Shown: one piece after another, positions 18,810-28,224 of the stretch
Layout of the letters: each line of letters opens with the position of its first letter
Position numbering within the stretch: the first letter of the stretch is position 1
Origin: Pseudidiomarina sp.
Lineage (GTDB): Bacteria; Pseudomonadota; Gammaproteobacteria; Enterobacterales; Alteromonadaceae
DNA: 64,000 nucleotides
Assembly (NCBI GenBank): GCA_023260975.1
Contig: JALQTK010000005.1
Coordinates: forward strand, 13,295 to 77,294
Reading direction: 5' to 3'
Notes under the pieces: model-generated
Seen by the model: the letters and a program-made list of their open reading frames with translations, nothing else
What the model was told of the DNA's origin: nothing
Databases searched by the model: none
Made by a program: the position numbers and the translations under genes

Positions 18810-20174
18810 ATGAACACACTCCTAAGCAAACAGCCACAGACGATTATCATCACCTTGATGCTGATATGGCTGAGCGGCTGTAGCTCTTCGACAATCATCG
18901 ATAATCAATCGGTGGTCAGCCAGACCAGCGCGGTGCGCTATGGCCTCGGCGGTGTTCATCAGGACCATCTTCGTAACGATGAGGTCACTATTGTTTTAGC
19001 CTTTTCCGGCGGTGGCGCTCGTGCTGCAGCGCTCGCCTATGGTGTCATGCAGGGCTTGCGGGACACCACCTTCTTTAGTAATGGCGAACAACGGCGGTTA
19101 CTCGACGAAGTGGATATGATTAGTTCAGTGTCTGGCGGTAGCTTCACCGCAGCCTACTATGGTTTGTACGGCAATAGATTGTTTGATGATTTTGAAAACG
19201 ATTTTATTCGGCGTAACTATCAAAGCGAATGGTTAGGCGGCCTATTAAACCCACTGCAGTGGTTCTCACGCCGCGATCGCACCGATGTCGCGACACAACT
19301 GTTCGAGGAGCGATTATTCCGGGGCGCTACCTTTGCCGATTTGCATGCAGCGAATGGCCCCTTGGTGGTGATCAATGCCACTGACCTTGGCGGCGGGACC
19401 CGCTTTTCATTTTTACAAGGATACTTTGATTTACTCTGTTCTGATTTGGCCAGCTACCCTATTGCTCGAGCAGTTATGGCATCATCAGCAGTGCCTATCA
19501 TGCTCAACCCGGTGGTGCTGAAAAATCACCGTGGCTGCTTGAATCCAACCCAAGCCTACTTAGAACAGATTGAGCAGAACGATCTCAAGGAATTTCAGGC
19601 GGCGCCGGGATTACTCGCCACCATTAACACCTTAAACCAGTATCAAGATAAACAACAACGCCCCTATATTCATCTCGTCGATGGTGGTATTACCGACAAT
19701 CTTGGTCTTATGGCGTTGTACGAAATGGTTGAGATTGGCGGCGGTATTGCGCCGTTTATTCAACGCCTCGGTGGCCAACCAAATTCAAAGCTGGTGGTCA
19801 TTTCGGTCAATGCGGCGGTGAAACCAGCATCGACTATTGAAGCCAGTAAAGAGGTACCGAGCATCGATAATACCGTTAGCGCCGTTACCGATATTCAATT
19901 ACACCGTTATAACGCTGCCACCATTGCGGTGATGAATCAGGCGGTGACGCGATGGAGTAATGAATTAACCAGTTTCTGGCAACCGGTTGAGCCCTATTTT
20001 ATCGACCTCAGTTTTGCCGGCGTACAACAGCAACAGCAGCGCTTGCTACTAAACCAAATTCCAACCGGACTAGCGTTAACTACTGAACAAGCTGATGCGG
20101 TGATTACTGCTGGCCGTGAGCTCCTGCAAACCCATCCAGAGTTTCAGCGACTGTTACAGCAATTAAGTCAATAA
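18810..20174 (+). CDS. Patatin-like phospholipase, probable lipoprotein
   Basis: SGGGARAA, SVSGG nucleophile elbow, ASSAVP, DGG; lipobox LSGC. Confidence 0.88.
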   Translation: MNTLLSKQPQTIIITLMLIWLSGCSSSTIIDNQSVVSQTSAVRYGLGGVHQDHLRNDEVTIVLAFSGGGARAAALAYGVMQGLRDTTFFSNGEQRRLLDEVDMISSVSGGSFTAAYYGLYGNRLFDDFENDFIRRNYQSEWLGGLLNPLQWFSRRDRTDVATQLFEERLFRGATFADLHAANGPLVVINATDLGGGTRFSFLQGYFDLLCSDLASYPIARAVMASSAVPIMLNPVVLKNHRGCLNPTQAYLEQIEQNDLKEFQAAPGLLATINTLNQYQDKQQRPYIHLVDGGITDNLGLMALYEMVEIGGGIAPFIQRLGGQPNSKLVVISVNAAVKPASTIEASKEVPSIDNTVSAVTDIQLHRYNAATIAVMNQAVTRWSNELTSFWQPVEPYFIDLSFAGVQQQQQRLLLNQIPTGLALTTEQADAVITAGRELLQTHPEFQRLLQQLSQ

Positions 20175-20178
20175 ACAC

Positions 20179-20607
20179 CTAGTTGTGCTTGTCAGTTTTA
20201 CTTTTGTCACGCTGCGAGGGGCTATCTAAACTGCACTGTTGGCATTCTTTCTCCCCGGTCATCACATAGGCAATACGGCTACGATGGCGGGCAAAGAATC
20301 GATAAGCATGATCGGCGAACCAACCAAGCAGCGGCCAGCGTAATGGCGCTGTCAACCATCCGCGACCAACCAGCGACCACGCACGATGGGTAACATCAAG
20401 ACCAAGTAACAGTTGATTATCGGCGGTCAGCCCGTGCAGTACCTGATTGGCGGCGTGCGCATCGATACGATCAGCATAGTCGCTGAATTGCTCGCTGTGT
20501 AAATCGATGAGTTGAATTGCCTGGGCGTGGTCACGCTGCTTTAACTGACGCATTTCGCGCACACACAGCGGGCAGCGGCCATCGTAGAATACAGTTAACG
20601 CATACAT
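20179..20607 (-). CDS. DUF393 / DCC family thiol-disulfide oxidoreductase
   Basis: FYDGRCPLC (DxxCxxC) and AYRFFARHR. AGGAG RBS 8 nt before ATG 20607. Confidence 0.9.
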   Translation of the reverse strand: MYALTVFYDGRCPLCVREMRQLKQRDHAQAIQLIDLHSEQFSDYADRIDAHAANQVLHGLTADNQLLLGLDVTHRAWSLVGRGWLTAPLRWPLLGWFADHAYRFFARHRSRIAYVMTGEKECQQCSLDSPSQRDKSKTDKHN

Positions 20608-20697
20608 CGAACACACTCCTTTCTTGGCACTTAGCTACTTATACGGCAGCCGCAGTAAATTCGATGTAAAAGCCGACAATTTTTTTCAGTAACGAAG

Positions 20698-20829
20698 CTA
20701 GCTGTCGCTATTCATGGTATTGCGAATGAAATAAACCACATAAAACACACAAATGCCCAATAATACTGCCAAGCCAGTAAACGAGAAAAATAGTACTGGA
20801 TCAGTAAAAAACTCTTTTAATACCCACAT
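20698..20829 (-). CDS. Small membrane protein, DUF3149-like (43 aa), not in ORF track
   Basis: MWVLKEFFTDPVLFFSFTGLAVLLGICVFYVVYFIRNTMNSDS; AGGAGG RBS 8 nt upstream; one TM helix. Confidence 0.8.
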   Translation of the reverse strand: MWVLKEFFTDPVLFFSFTGLAVLLGICVFYVVYFIRNTMNSDS

Positions 20830-20942
20830 AGCCATACCCTCCTAGGTCACGGATGGTAATAGCGTAACCAAACTACTGCCGCCGTTTACTGATCTAGGTC
20901 AACTAATCGCCTGCGCTTTTTAAATTATCAGTCTTAGCCAAT

Positions 20943-20968
20943 AAAAAAGCCGCTCAAAGAGCGGCTTT
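20943..20968 (-). terminator. Intrinsic terminator of ssrA
   Basis: GCCGCTC-AAA-GAGCGGC hairpin with A6 on + strand (U-tract on -), about 10 nt after the tmRNA CCA end. Confidence 0.88.
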
Positions 20969-20977
20969 CAGTGGATT

Positions 20978-21337
20978 TGGTGGAGCTGGGGGGAGTTGAA
21001 CCCCCGTCCGCAATACCTACATCCTCGGTACTACATGCTTAGTCTGTCATTTAGTTAATCACCAAGTCGCCGACAGACAGGCTCCTTAAGGTGACGATCC
21101 CGATTGGTTTTAACGCTTTGGCTACGGGCGAAGCCTCCACGCGAGTCTGCTATAGGGTTAGCCGACTGATCCTAGTCTCACAGACAAAGCGCTAGGGGTC
21201 GGGCATAGCGGGTTATTAAGCCGCTAAAGCGTAGTTGTCGTCGTTTGCAACTATTATGTTGAGGCTTTTTACGAGGCCAGCCTCACCTCGGCATGCACCT
21301 TGGGTTTCGTGTATCCCGTCGAATCCTAATCAGCCCC
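20978..21337 (-). ncRNA. ssrA: tmRNA (transfer-messenger RNA)
   Basis: 5' GGGGCTGATTAGGATTCGAC, 3' TTCAACTCCCCCCAGCTCCACCA, internal tag frame ANDDNYALAA followed by TAA TAA; 360 nt. Confidence 0.98.
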
Positions 21338-21349
21338 AAAGCAATTCTG

Positions 21350-21378
21350 ATTATACGCTTATATGGCGACGCTGTCAG
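21350..21378 (-). promoter_or_regulatory. sigma70 promoter of ssrA
   Basis: CTGACA-N17-TATAAT on the minus strand, 12 nt upstream of the mature 5' end. Confidence 0.75.
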
Positions 21379-21512
21379 TTATTTCAATGGTATCAGCCTG
21401 GCATAGGCATTTAACCGCTGATTTTTGTTTCAGATATCGCGAAACATCAACAAAAGTGCTAAACTTGCGCGCAATTTTTAGCAGCAACTGATGCAGCAAC
21501 CGAGGACCCCCT

Positions 21513-22559
21513 GTGAGCGAGCAAAAACCTTCGTTAAGTTACAAAGATGCCGGCGTTGATATCGATGCGGGGAATGCTTTGGTGGAACGTATCAAGGGCG
21601 TTAGCAAACGCACCAAACGCCCAGAGGTGATGGGTAGCCTTGGTGGCTTCGGTGCCTTGTGTGAGTTACCGAGTAAATATAAGCAGCCGGTGCTGGTGTC
21701 AGGTACCGACGGCGTGGGTACCAAATTGCGCTTAGCGATTGATTTGGCGAAACATGACAGTGTTGGTATCGATTTAGTCGCCATGTGTGTTAACGACTTA
21801 ATTGTGCAAGGCGCAGAACCTCTGTTTTTCCTTGATTACTACGCCACCGGCAAACTTGATGTTGATGTTGCTGCTGATGTGGTCAGCGGTATTGGCGAAG
21901 GTTGTTTGCAAGCCGGCTGCTCACTGATTGGTGGTGAAACGGCCGAAATGCCGGGCATGTACCAGCACGGTGATTATGATATCGCCGGTTTTTGTGTCGG
22001 TGTGGTAGAAAAGCAGCGCATCATTGATGGCAGTAAAGTTGCACCCGGTGATACCTTAATTGCCCTCGCCTCATCCGGCCCGCACTCGAACGGCTACTCA
22101 CTGATCCGGAAAATCATTGAAGTCAGTGGTGTCGATGTGCGCAGCGAAATGCTTGGCGATAAACTATTAGCTGACCACTTAATGGCGCCAACGCGCATCT
22201 ACGTGAAATCAGTTTTAGCCCTGCTTGAGCAATGCGATGCCCATGCTATCTCACATATTACCGGTGGTGGTTTTTGGGAAAATATTCCGCGGGTGTTACC
22301 GCACGGAGCCAAAGCAGTCATTGATGGCGACAGCTGGCAATGGCCGGCGATCTTTAATTGGTTGCAACAGCATGGCAATGTCACCACCCGCGAAATGTAC
22401 CGTACCTTTAATTGCGGCGTCGGCTTAATCATTGCCCTACCCGGCGCACAGGTTGATCAAGCCTTGCATATTTTGCAACAGCACGGTGAAAAAGCCTGGG
22501 TAATTGGTCATGTTGCTGCTGCCAATGAGCAGGATGCGCGAGTCGAAATCAGCGCATGA
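21513..22559 (+). CDS. purM: Phosphoribosylformylglycinamidine cyclo-ligase
   Basis: [42 protein letters not shown]. Confidence 0.98.
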   Translation: MSEQKPSLSYKDAGVDIDAGNALVERIKGVSKRTKRPEVMGSLGGFGALCELPSKYKQPVLVSGTDGVGTKLRLAIDLAKHDSVGIDLVAMCVNDLIVQGAEPLFFLDYYATGKLDVDVAADVVSGIGEGCLQAGCSLIGGETAEMPGMYQHGDYDIAGFCVGVVEKQRIIDGSKVAPGDTLIALASSGPHSNGYSLIRKIIEVSGVDVRSEMLGDKLLADHLMAPTRIYVKSVLALLEQCDAHAISHITGGGFWENIPRVLPHGAKAVIDGDSWQWPAIFNWLQQHGNVTTREMYRTFNCGVGLIIALPGAQVDQALHILQQHGEKAWVIGHVAAANEQDARVEISA

Positions 22560-23200
22560 GTAACAAGCGCATTGTTATTCTGATTAGCGGTTCGGGCAGT
22601 AATATGCAAACCTTGGTTGCTGCCAGTCAAGCCGGTAAAATTGCCGGCCACGTGGTGGCGGTGATCAGCAATAAAGTAGATGCTGCTGGTCTTGCTAAAG
22701 CACAGGCCGCTGGTATAGACACGGCAGTACTCGCTCATGGTGAGTTCGCGAGCCGTGAACAATACGACCACGCCTTGCAGCAACTGGTCGATAGTTTTCG
22801 CCCCGATGTAGTGGTGCTGGCCGGCTTTATGCGTATTCTCACCCCCGCATTCACCCAGCATTACCATGGTCGTATGCTTAACATACACCCATCGCTATTA
22901 CCTAAGTACAAAGGTGTCGATACGCATAATCGGGCGCTAGCCGCTGGTGACACTGAACATGGTGTTAGCGTGCATTTTGTTACCGAAGAACTGGATGGTG
23001 GCCCGGTCATATTGCAAGCTAAAGTACCGGTGTTTGCCGACGATACCGCAGCCGATTTACAGGCACGGGTACAAGTTCAAGAGCATGGTATTTACCCGCT
23101 GGTGGTAAACTGGTTATGCAGCGGTCGGCTATGTTTGACTGCAGACGGTGCTCAGTTAGATGGACAGTGCTTGGGCCCACACGGCTACGCCGCTGACTAA
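22556..23200 (+). CDS. purN: Phosphoribosylglycinamide formyltransferase
   Basis: [28 protein letters not shown]; ATGA overlap with purM. Confidence 0.98.
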   Translation: MSNKRIVILISGSGSNMQTLVAASQAGKIAGHVVAVISNKVDAAGLAKAQAAGIDTAVLAHGEFASREQYDHALQQLVDSFRPDVVVLAGFMRILTPAFTQHYHGRMLNIHPSLLPKYKGVDTHNRALAAGDTEHGVSVHFVTEELDGGPVILQAKVPVFADDTAADLQARVQVQEHGIYPLVVNWLCSGRLCLTADGAQLDGQCLGPHGYAAD

Positions 23201-23210
23201 TTCACTTAAT

Positions 23211-23870
23211 TTACGGTTGTAACTGTAATTTGCGTAGCACCAGCGTAGCGACTTCATCACCATCTTCGCGTTGCTGCATTTTAACCATCACGTTATTTAA
23301 TGCTGGCGCAAACCAGTAATAAGTCTCCCGAGCGCTATGCTCACGCACACGCAGCACCTTGGTTGCCAGCACCTCAGCATAAGGTAACTGCAGCGTTTCA
23401 CTATCACCACGCTGGTAGACATGCTGATCCAGCTTGCCGTTTTCATCAATCATACTATAGCGAAATTCACTGCGACTGAGGTCGAGTAAATCAAAGCGCA
23501 ACTGTTCGAGCATGGCCGCTTCATCGAGCACCGCCTGGTCACTTGAATAGCGGGCCGCAAACTCTTTATTTTTTCCAGTACCTGAGCGTTTGAAGCGAAA
23601 TTCTTGCGTCACTGCCAGGTTATCAAGCCAAGCAAAGGTTGACCAATAACGGCGACGATCAGTTAAAAATAGCCACGCTATTTCGGTTTCCGTATACAGC
23701 GCGAACACGCCGTCACTCGTTTTCTCTAATCTGCGTATCGCCCCGCCATATTCAGCGTTATCGCGCAATACATCGTATTGCGCATGGTAGGCCGTCAGTT
23801 CGCTGGCGCTGGCAACTGCAGCGACCGCATTGAACCACAACACAGCTAAGCTAATCATCACTAATTTCAT
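23211..23870 (-). CDS. DUF3108-like exported protein
   Basis: Signal peptide; YHAQY and ETYYWFAPALN motifs; this family commonly lies next to purN. Confidence 0.7.
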   Translation of the reverse strand: MKLVMISLAVLWFNAVAAVASASELTAYHAQYDVLRDNAEYGGAIRRLEKTSDGVFALYTETEIAWLFLTDRRRYWSTFAWLDNLAVTQEFRFKRSGTGKNKEFAARYSSDQAVLDEAAMLEQLRFDLLDLSRSEFRYSMIDENGKLDQHVYQRGDSETLQLPYAEVLATKVLRVREHSARETYYWFAPALNNVMVKMQQREDGDEVATLVLRKLQLQP

Positions 23871-23949
23871 CGGTTGTTTTATCCTCTGGCGGACGATTAT
23901 TGGTCAGCGGGTAATGCTATGACCACCAATCTATGCTTTGGTTTACAGT

Positions 23950-23968
23950 TTCAAACAGTTGTTTCAAA
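23950..23968. promoter_or_regulatory. PsrA-like operator upstream of fadE
   Basis: TTCAAAC-AGTT-GTTTCAA, matching the PsrA palindrome CAAAC-N4-GTTTG with one mismatch. Confidence 0.6.
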
Positions 23969-24017
23969 TTTCACTTGAAAAATGGCAGTAAAGCGACTAC
24001 CTTTAAGGGACATAAAA

Positions 24018-24034
24018 TACTGGTCAGACCTCTA
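24018..24034. promoter_or_regulatory. FadR operator upstream of fadE
   Basis: TACTGGTCAGACCTCTA versus consensus AACTGGTCNGACCAGTT, 21 nt before the ATG. Confidence 0.75.
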
Positions 24035-24055
24035 AAGATAAGATGGAGTAAGCAC

Positions 24056-26536
24056 ATGTTTACCACGCTTTGGATCATCGCCACGATAGCATTATTCGCT
24101 GGCCTTCTCTATTACCGCAGCTCGTTGCTAGTTACCAGCTTGGTGCTGATCGGCATGTTTGCCATCGGCACTGTCGTTGGTGTCGTTGGCACGGTGCTAT
24201 GGCTGTTATTAGCGGCTGTGCTGCTACCACTGAATGTTTCTGCCTTTCGAAGAAATGTTATCAGTAAGCCGATCTTGGCGGTTTACCGCAAAATTATGCC
24301 AGAAATTTCTGACACTGAACGCGACGCCATCGACGCCGGTACCACGTGGTGGGAAGGTGACTTATTCCGCGGTGCTCCGAACTGGAAAAAATTACATAGT
24401 ATCCAAAAATCTGAGTTAACCGCCGAAGAGCAAGCCTTTTTGGATGGTCCGGTGGAAGAAATCTGTAAAATGCTCGACGACTGGGAAGCCACTCATGAGC
24501 TTGCTGATATGCCAGAGCCAGTATGGCAGTATCTGAAAGATCACAAATTTTTCGCCATGATCATCAAAAAAGAATATGGCGGCTTAGAATTCTCAGCCTA
24601 TGCGCAGTCACGGGTGCTACAAAAGCTCGCTGGGGTAAGCACTATTTTGGCCTCAACTGTTGGGGTACCAAACTCTTTAGGGCCGGGTGAATTACTGCAA
24701 CACTATGGCACCAAAGCGCAGAAAGACTATTACCTGCCGCGCTTAGCCGTGGGCGATGAAATTCCTTGTTTTGCCCTGACTAGCCCTGAAGCGGGTTCTG
24801 ATGCCGGCTCTATTCCAGATTCTGGGGTAGTCTGCAAAGGCACCTGGGAAGGCAAAGAAATTGTTGGTATCAAACTCAACTTCAACAAGCGCTATATCAC
24901 TCTGGCACCAGTCGCCACGGTGATTGGTTTAGCCTTCAAACTCTATGATCCAGATCATTTAATCGGCGATAAAGATGAGCTTGGTATTACCGCAGCGCTA
25001 ATTCCGCGCGACACCAAAGGTTTAAACATTGGCCGTCGTCACTTCCCACTGAATGTGCCATTTCAAAATGGTCCGTTGCATGGTGAAGACGTATTTGTGC
25101 CGCTTGACTACATTATCGGTGGCCAAGAAATGGCCGGTAAAGGCTGGCGCATGCTGGTCGAATGTTTGTCTGTCGGTCGCGCTATCACCTTGCCATCAAA
25201 CAGTGCTGGTGGGGTTAAATCGATTGCCCTAGCGACCGGTGCCTACGCCTATATTCGTCGCCAATTCAAATTGCCGATTGGTAAAATGGAAGGTGTTGAA
25301 GAGCCGCTCGCGCGCCTAGCAGGTGATGCTTACTTGATGGATGCGGTTACCCGCTTCTCTACCAAAGCCATCGACTTAGGCGAAAAGCCGTCGGTCATTT
25401 CAGCGATTGCCAAATACCATATGACCGAGAAGTTACGGGCGCGCATGGATGACGCCATGGATATTCATGGTGGTAAAGGTATTTGTTTAGGCCCGAACAA
25501 CTATCTGGGTCGTGGTTATCAAGGTGTGCCAGTCGCAATTACTGTGGAAGGTGCAAATATCTTAACCCGTAACCTGATGATCTATGGTCAAGGTGCAATT
25601 CGCTGTCATCCCTATGTGTTAGAAGAAATGCTTGCCTCAGCAGAACATACTGCCGCAGGCCTCGCCCGTTTCGATAAAGCGCTGTTTGGCCATATTGGCT
25701 TTGCCATGAGTAACTTTGTGCGCTCGTTGGTATTGGGCTTTGGTGGCTGGCGTTTCAGCTCGGCTCCAGTAAGCGATAGTACCGCCAAGTACTACCAGCA
25801 AATGAACCGCTTTAGCGCCAATTTAGCGTTATTGTCAGACGTCGCGATGGGCGTGCTCGGTGGTTCACTAAAACGCAAGCAACGCATTTCTGCACGTTTA
25901 GGTGACATGCTAAGCTACTTATATTTAGCTTCCGCAACGCTCAAGCGCTTTGATGAAGAAGGCCGTCAGCATGACGACTTGCCACTGGTGCATTGGGCCT
26001 TGCAAGACACTCTGCACAAGCTGCAAGAAAGTCAGTTAGCCTTGTTAGAGAACTTCGGTGCTATTGGTAAGGCGCTGAAATTGGTCATGTACCCATTTGG
26101 ACGTATTGCCCGCCGGCCGAGTGATAAGCTCGATCACAAAGTGGCCAAGCTACTGCTGAAACCGAATGCCTCGCGTGAGCGCTTAGGTGCAGGCCAGTTC
26201 TTAAGCCCAGAAGGTGCTTTTGGCTACTTGGAAACTACCTTACGCGATATCATTGCCGCGGAAGCCTTGTTTGACCGTGTTCGAAAAGCGGCTAACCACC
26301 GCATGAGTTTTATCTTCCTAGATAAAATTGCGGCAAAAGGTAAAGAATTGGGCGTGCTCAACGACGACGAAGTGGCCTTGCTACTGCGTGCTGAAGAAGG
26401 TCGCTTACGCACTATCAATGTCGATGACTTTGCCCATGAAGACCTAATGGCTGGCAAAGCAGCGCGTGATTATGCCTTAGCCAGCAAAGCGAAGAAACCG
26501 AAAGCAGCAGCTAAAGCAGCGCCCGATGCAGCGTAA
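24056..26536 (+). CDS. fadE: Acyl-CoA dehydrogenase FadE
   Basis: N-terminal TMs, [35 protein letters not shown]1974-type C-terminus. ATG 24056 follows GGAG. Confidence 0.96.
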   Translation: MFTTLWIIATIALFAGLLYYRSSLLVTSLVLIGMFAIGTVVGVVGTVLWLLLAAVLLPLNVSAFRRNVISKPILAVYRKIMPEISDTERDAIDAGTTWWEGDLFRGAPNWKKLHSIQKSELTAEEQAFLDGPVEEICKMLDDWEATHELADMPEPVWQYLKDHKFFAMIIKKEYGGLEFSAYAQSRVLQKLAGVSTILASTVGVPNSLGPGELLQHYGTKAQKDYYLPRLAVGDEIPCFALTSPEAGSDAGSIPDSGVVCKGTWEGKEIVGIKLNFNKRYITLAPVATVIGLAFKLYDPDHLIGDKDELGITAALIPRDTKGLNIGRRHFPLNVPFQNGPLHGEDVFVPLDYIIGGQEMAGKGWRMLVECLSVGRAITLPSNSAGGVKSIALATGAYAYIRRQFKLPIGKMEGVEEPLARLAGDAYLMDAVTRFSTKAIDLGEKPSVISAIAKYHMTEKLRARMDDAMDIHGGKGICLGPNNYLGRGYQGVPVAITVEGANILTRNLMIYGQGAIRCHPYVLEEMLASAEHTAAGLARFDKALFGHIGFAMSNFVRSLVLGFGGWRFSSAPVSDSTAKYYQQMNRFSANLALLSDVAMGVLGGSLKRKQRISARLGDMLSYLYLASATLKRFDEEGRQHDDLPLVHWALQDTLHKLQESQLALLENFGAIGKALKLVMYPFGRIARRPSDKLDHKVAKLLLKPNASRERLGAGQFLSPEGAFGYLETTLRDIIAAEALFDRVRKAANHRMSFIFLDKIAAKGKELGVLNDDEVALLLRAEEGRLRTINVDDFAHEDLMAGKAARDYALASKAKKPKAAAKAAPDAA

Positions 26537-26575
26537 TGCATACGTGGGTTAATCAACCCCTACTTCAATAAATAC

Positions 26576-26604
26576 AAAACGGCGCCTGTAGCGCCGTTTT
26601 TTTT
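26576..26604 (+). terminator. Intrinsic terminator after fadE
   Basis: AAAACGGCGC-CTGTA-GCGCCGTTTT followed by more T. Confidence 0.9.
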
Positions 26605-26655
26605 GGTGTACAATCGGCGCTTAAATTATAAAAGTGATGATGGAGTCGAGTCTGC

Positions 26656-28224
26656 ATGAGGCATACACCGCAACAACCAGAAAGCGCTAAGCGCAGTGGT
26701 TTTACCCGTTTCCTTGATACGGTTGAATATCTCGGTAATCTATTACCCCACCCGATTACGCTATTCGCCCTATTTGCGATTGCCATTGTGATTGGCAGTG
26801 GCATTGCCAGCTATTTTGGTGTTAGCGCACAAGATCCGCGCCCAGGTGGCGGTGTTATCGAAGTGGTGAATCTCCTTAATGCCGAGGGTTTACAACGTAT
26901 TGTAACTGGCTTAGTCACTAACTTTACCGGCTTTACCCCGCTGGGCACGGTACTGGTCGCGTTACTGGGAGTCGGTATTGCCGAGCGTTCTGGCATGCTG
27001 GCGGCAATGATGCGTGGTTTAGTGATGAACGCACCACCGCGCTTAGTCACGGTTGCTGTAGTATTTGCTGGGGTTATTTCTAACACCGCGGCTGAACTCG
27101 GTTACGTGGTGTTGGTGCCGCTGGCAGCGATGATTTTTCACTCCTTAGGGCGCCACCCTTTGGCTGGTCTTGCCGCAGCATTTGCCGGTGTATCGGCCGG
27201 CTACAGCGCCAACTTAGCTATCGGTACGGTCGACCCACTGCTGGCCGGCATAACCACCCAAGCGGCGCAGCTACTGGACCCTGACTATGTGGTCGGAGCT
27301 GAAGCAAATTGGTATTTCATGGCAGCTTCAACCTTTCTGATTGCGCTGATGGGTACCGTGGTTACCGAAAAAATTGTGGAACCGAAGCTTGGCAAGTACA
27401 ACCCAAAAGAGGCAACCATTAACCTCAATGAACAACGTATTGAAGCCTTAACTGCGCTTGAAAAACGTGGTTTATGGGGCGCTTTTCTGGCATTTTTAGT
27501 GTTGGCTGCACTACTCGCCTGGACGGTTGTACCAGCGGATGGAATCTTACGTGATCCAAACACCGGTTTAGTCGCTAACTCGCCATTTTTAAAAGGTATT
27601 GTGGTATTTATATTCATCACCTTTGCGATTCCCGGCTATGTCTATGGGCGCATCACCAAAGTCATGCGCAGCGACCGTGATGTCATTAACGCGATGTCTG
27701 ACAGCATGAGTACTATGGGCATGTACATTGTGCTGGTATTTTTTGCTGCACAATTTGTGGCATTTTTCGGTTGGACTAACTTAGGTACGATTTTCGCCGT
27801 CAATGGTGCTGAATTTTTGCAAAATATCGGCTTAACCGGACCATTTTTGTTTGTCGTGTTTATCCTCATGTGCGCGTTTGTGAATCTGTCACTCGGTTCA
27901 GCGTCAGCCCAATGGGCAATCTTCGCACCGATCTTTGTGCCGATGTTGATGCTGATTGGTTACGCCCCAGAAGTGATTCAGGCGGCTTACCGTATTGGCG
28001 ACTCGGTGACCAATATTATCACCCCGATGATGAGCTATTTTGGCTTAATTTTGGCCGTTGCGGTGCGTTACAAGAAAGACACGGGTATTGGCACCATGAT
28101 TGCCATGATGCTGCCCTATACGTTGGTATTTATTATTGGCTGGACCGCATTTTTCATGCTTTGGGTGTTTGCTTTGGAATTACCCGTTGGCTGGGGCACA
28201 CCAACCTACTATCCGGCTCCTTAG
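26656..28224 (+). CDS. AbgT family transporter (paralogue 1)
   Basis: GNLLPHP, GRHPLAG, AYRIGDS, ITPMM motifs. Confidence 0.93.
   Translation: MRHTPQQPESAKRSGFTRFLDTVEYLGNLLPHPITLFALFAIAIVIGSGIASYFGVSAQDPRPGGGVIEVVNLLNAEGLQRIVTGLVTNFTGFTPLGTVLVALLGVGIAERSGMLAAMMRGLVMNAPPRLVTVAVVFAGVISNTAAELGYVVLVPLAAMIFHSLGRHPLAGLAAAFAGVSAGYSANLAIGTVDPLLAGITTQAAQLLDPDYVVGAEANWYFMAASTFLIALMGTVVTEKIVEPKLGKYNPKEATINLNEQRIEALTALEKRGLWGAFLAFLVLAALLAWTVVPADGILRDPNTGLVANSPFLKGIVVFIFITFAIPGYVYGRITKVMRSDRDVINAMSDSMSTMGMYIVLVFFAAQFVAFFGWTNLGTIFAVNGAEFLQNIGLTGPFLFVVFILMCAFVNLSLGSASAQWAIFAPIFVPMLMLIGYAPEVIQAAYRIGDSVTNIITPMMSYFGLILAVAVRYKKDTGIGTMIAMMLPYTLVFIIGWTAFFMLWVFALELPVGWGTPTYYPAP

Noticed and set aside
17737-20968. 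Near-identical GCCGCTC/GAGCGGC hairpins at 17741 and 20949 as a REP/MITE family
   Set aside because: Only two short copies, each fully explained as an intrinsic terminator.
23933-24055. N-terminal extensions in the ORF track (fadE; likewise phoA, folK-like, argE, rnhB, bkdA1, DUF599, tilS)
   Set aside because: They run through operators, promoters or neighbouring genes; downstream ATGs match better RBSs and/or family N-termini.
26480-26536. Lys/Ala-rich FadE tail ([12 protein letters not shown]) as a histone-like DNA-binding module
   Set aside because: Too short; likely a disordered tail.
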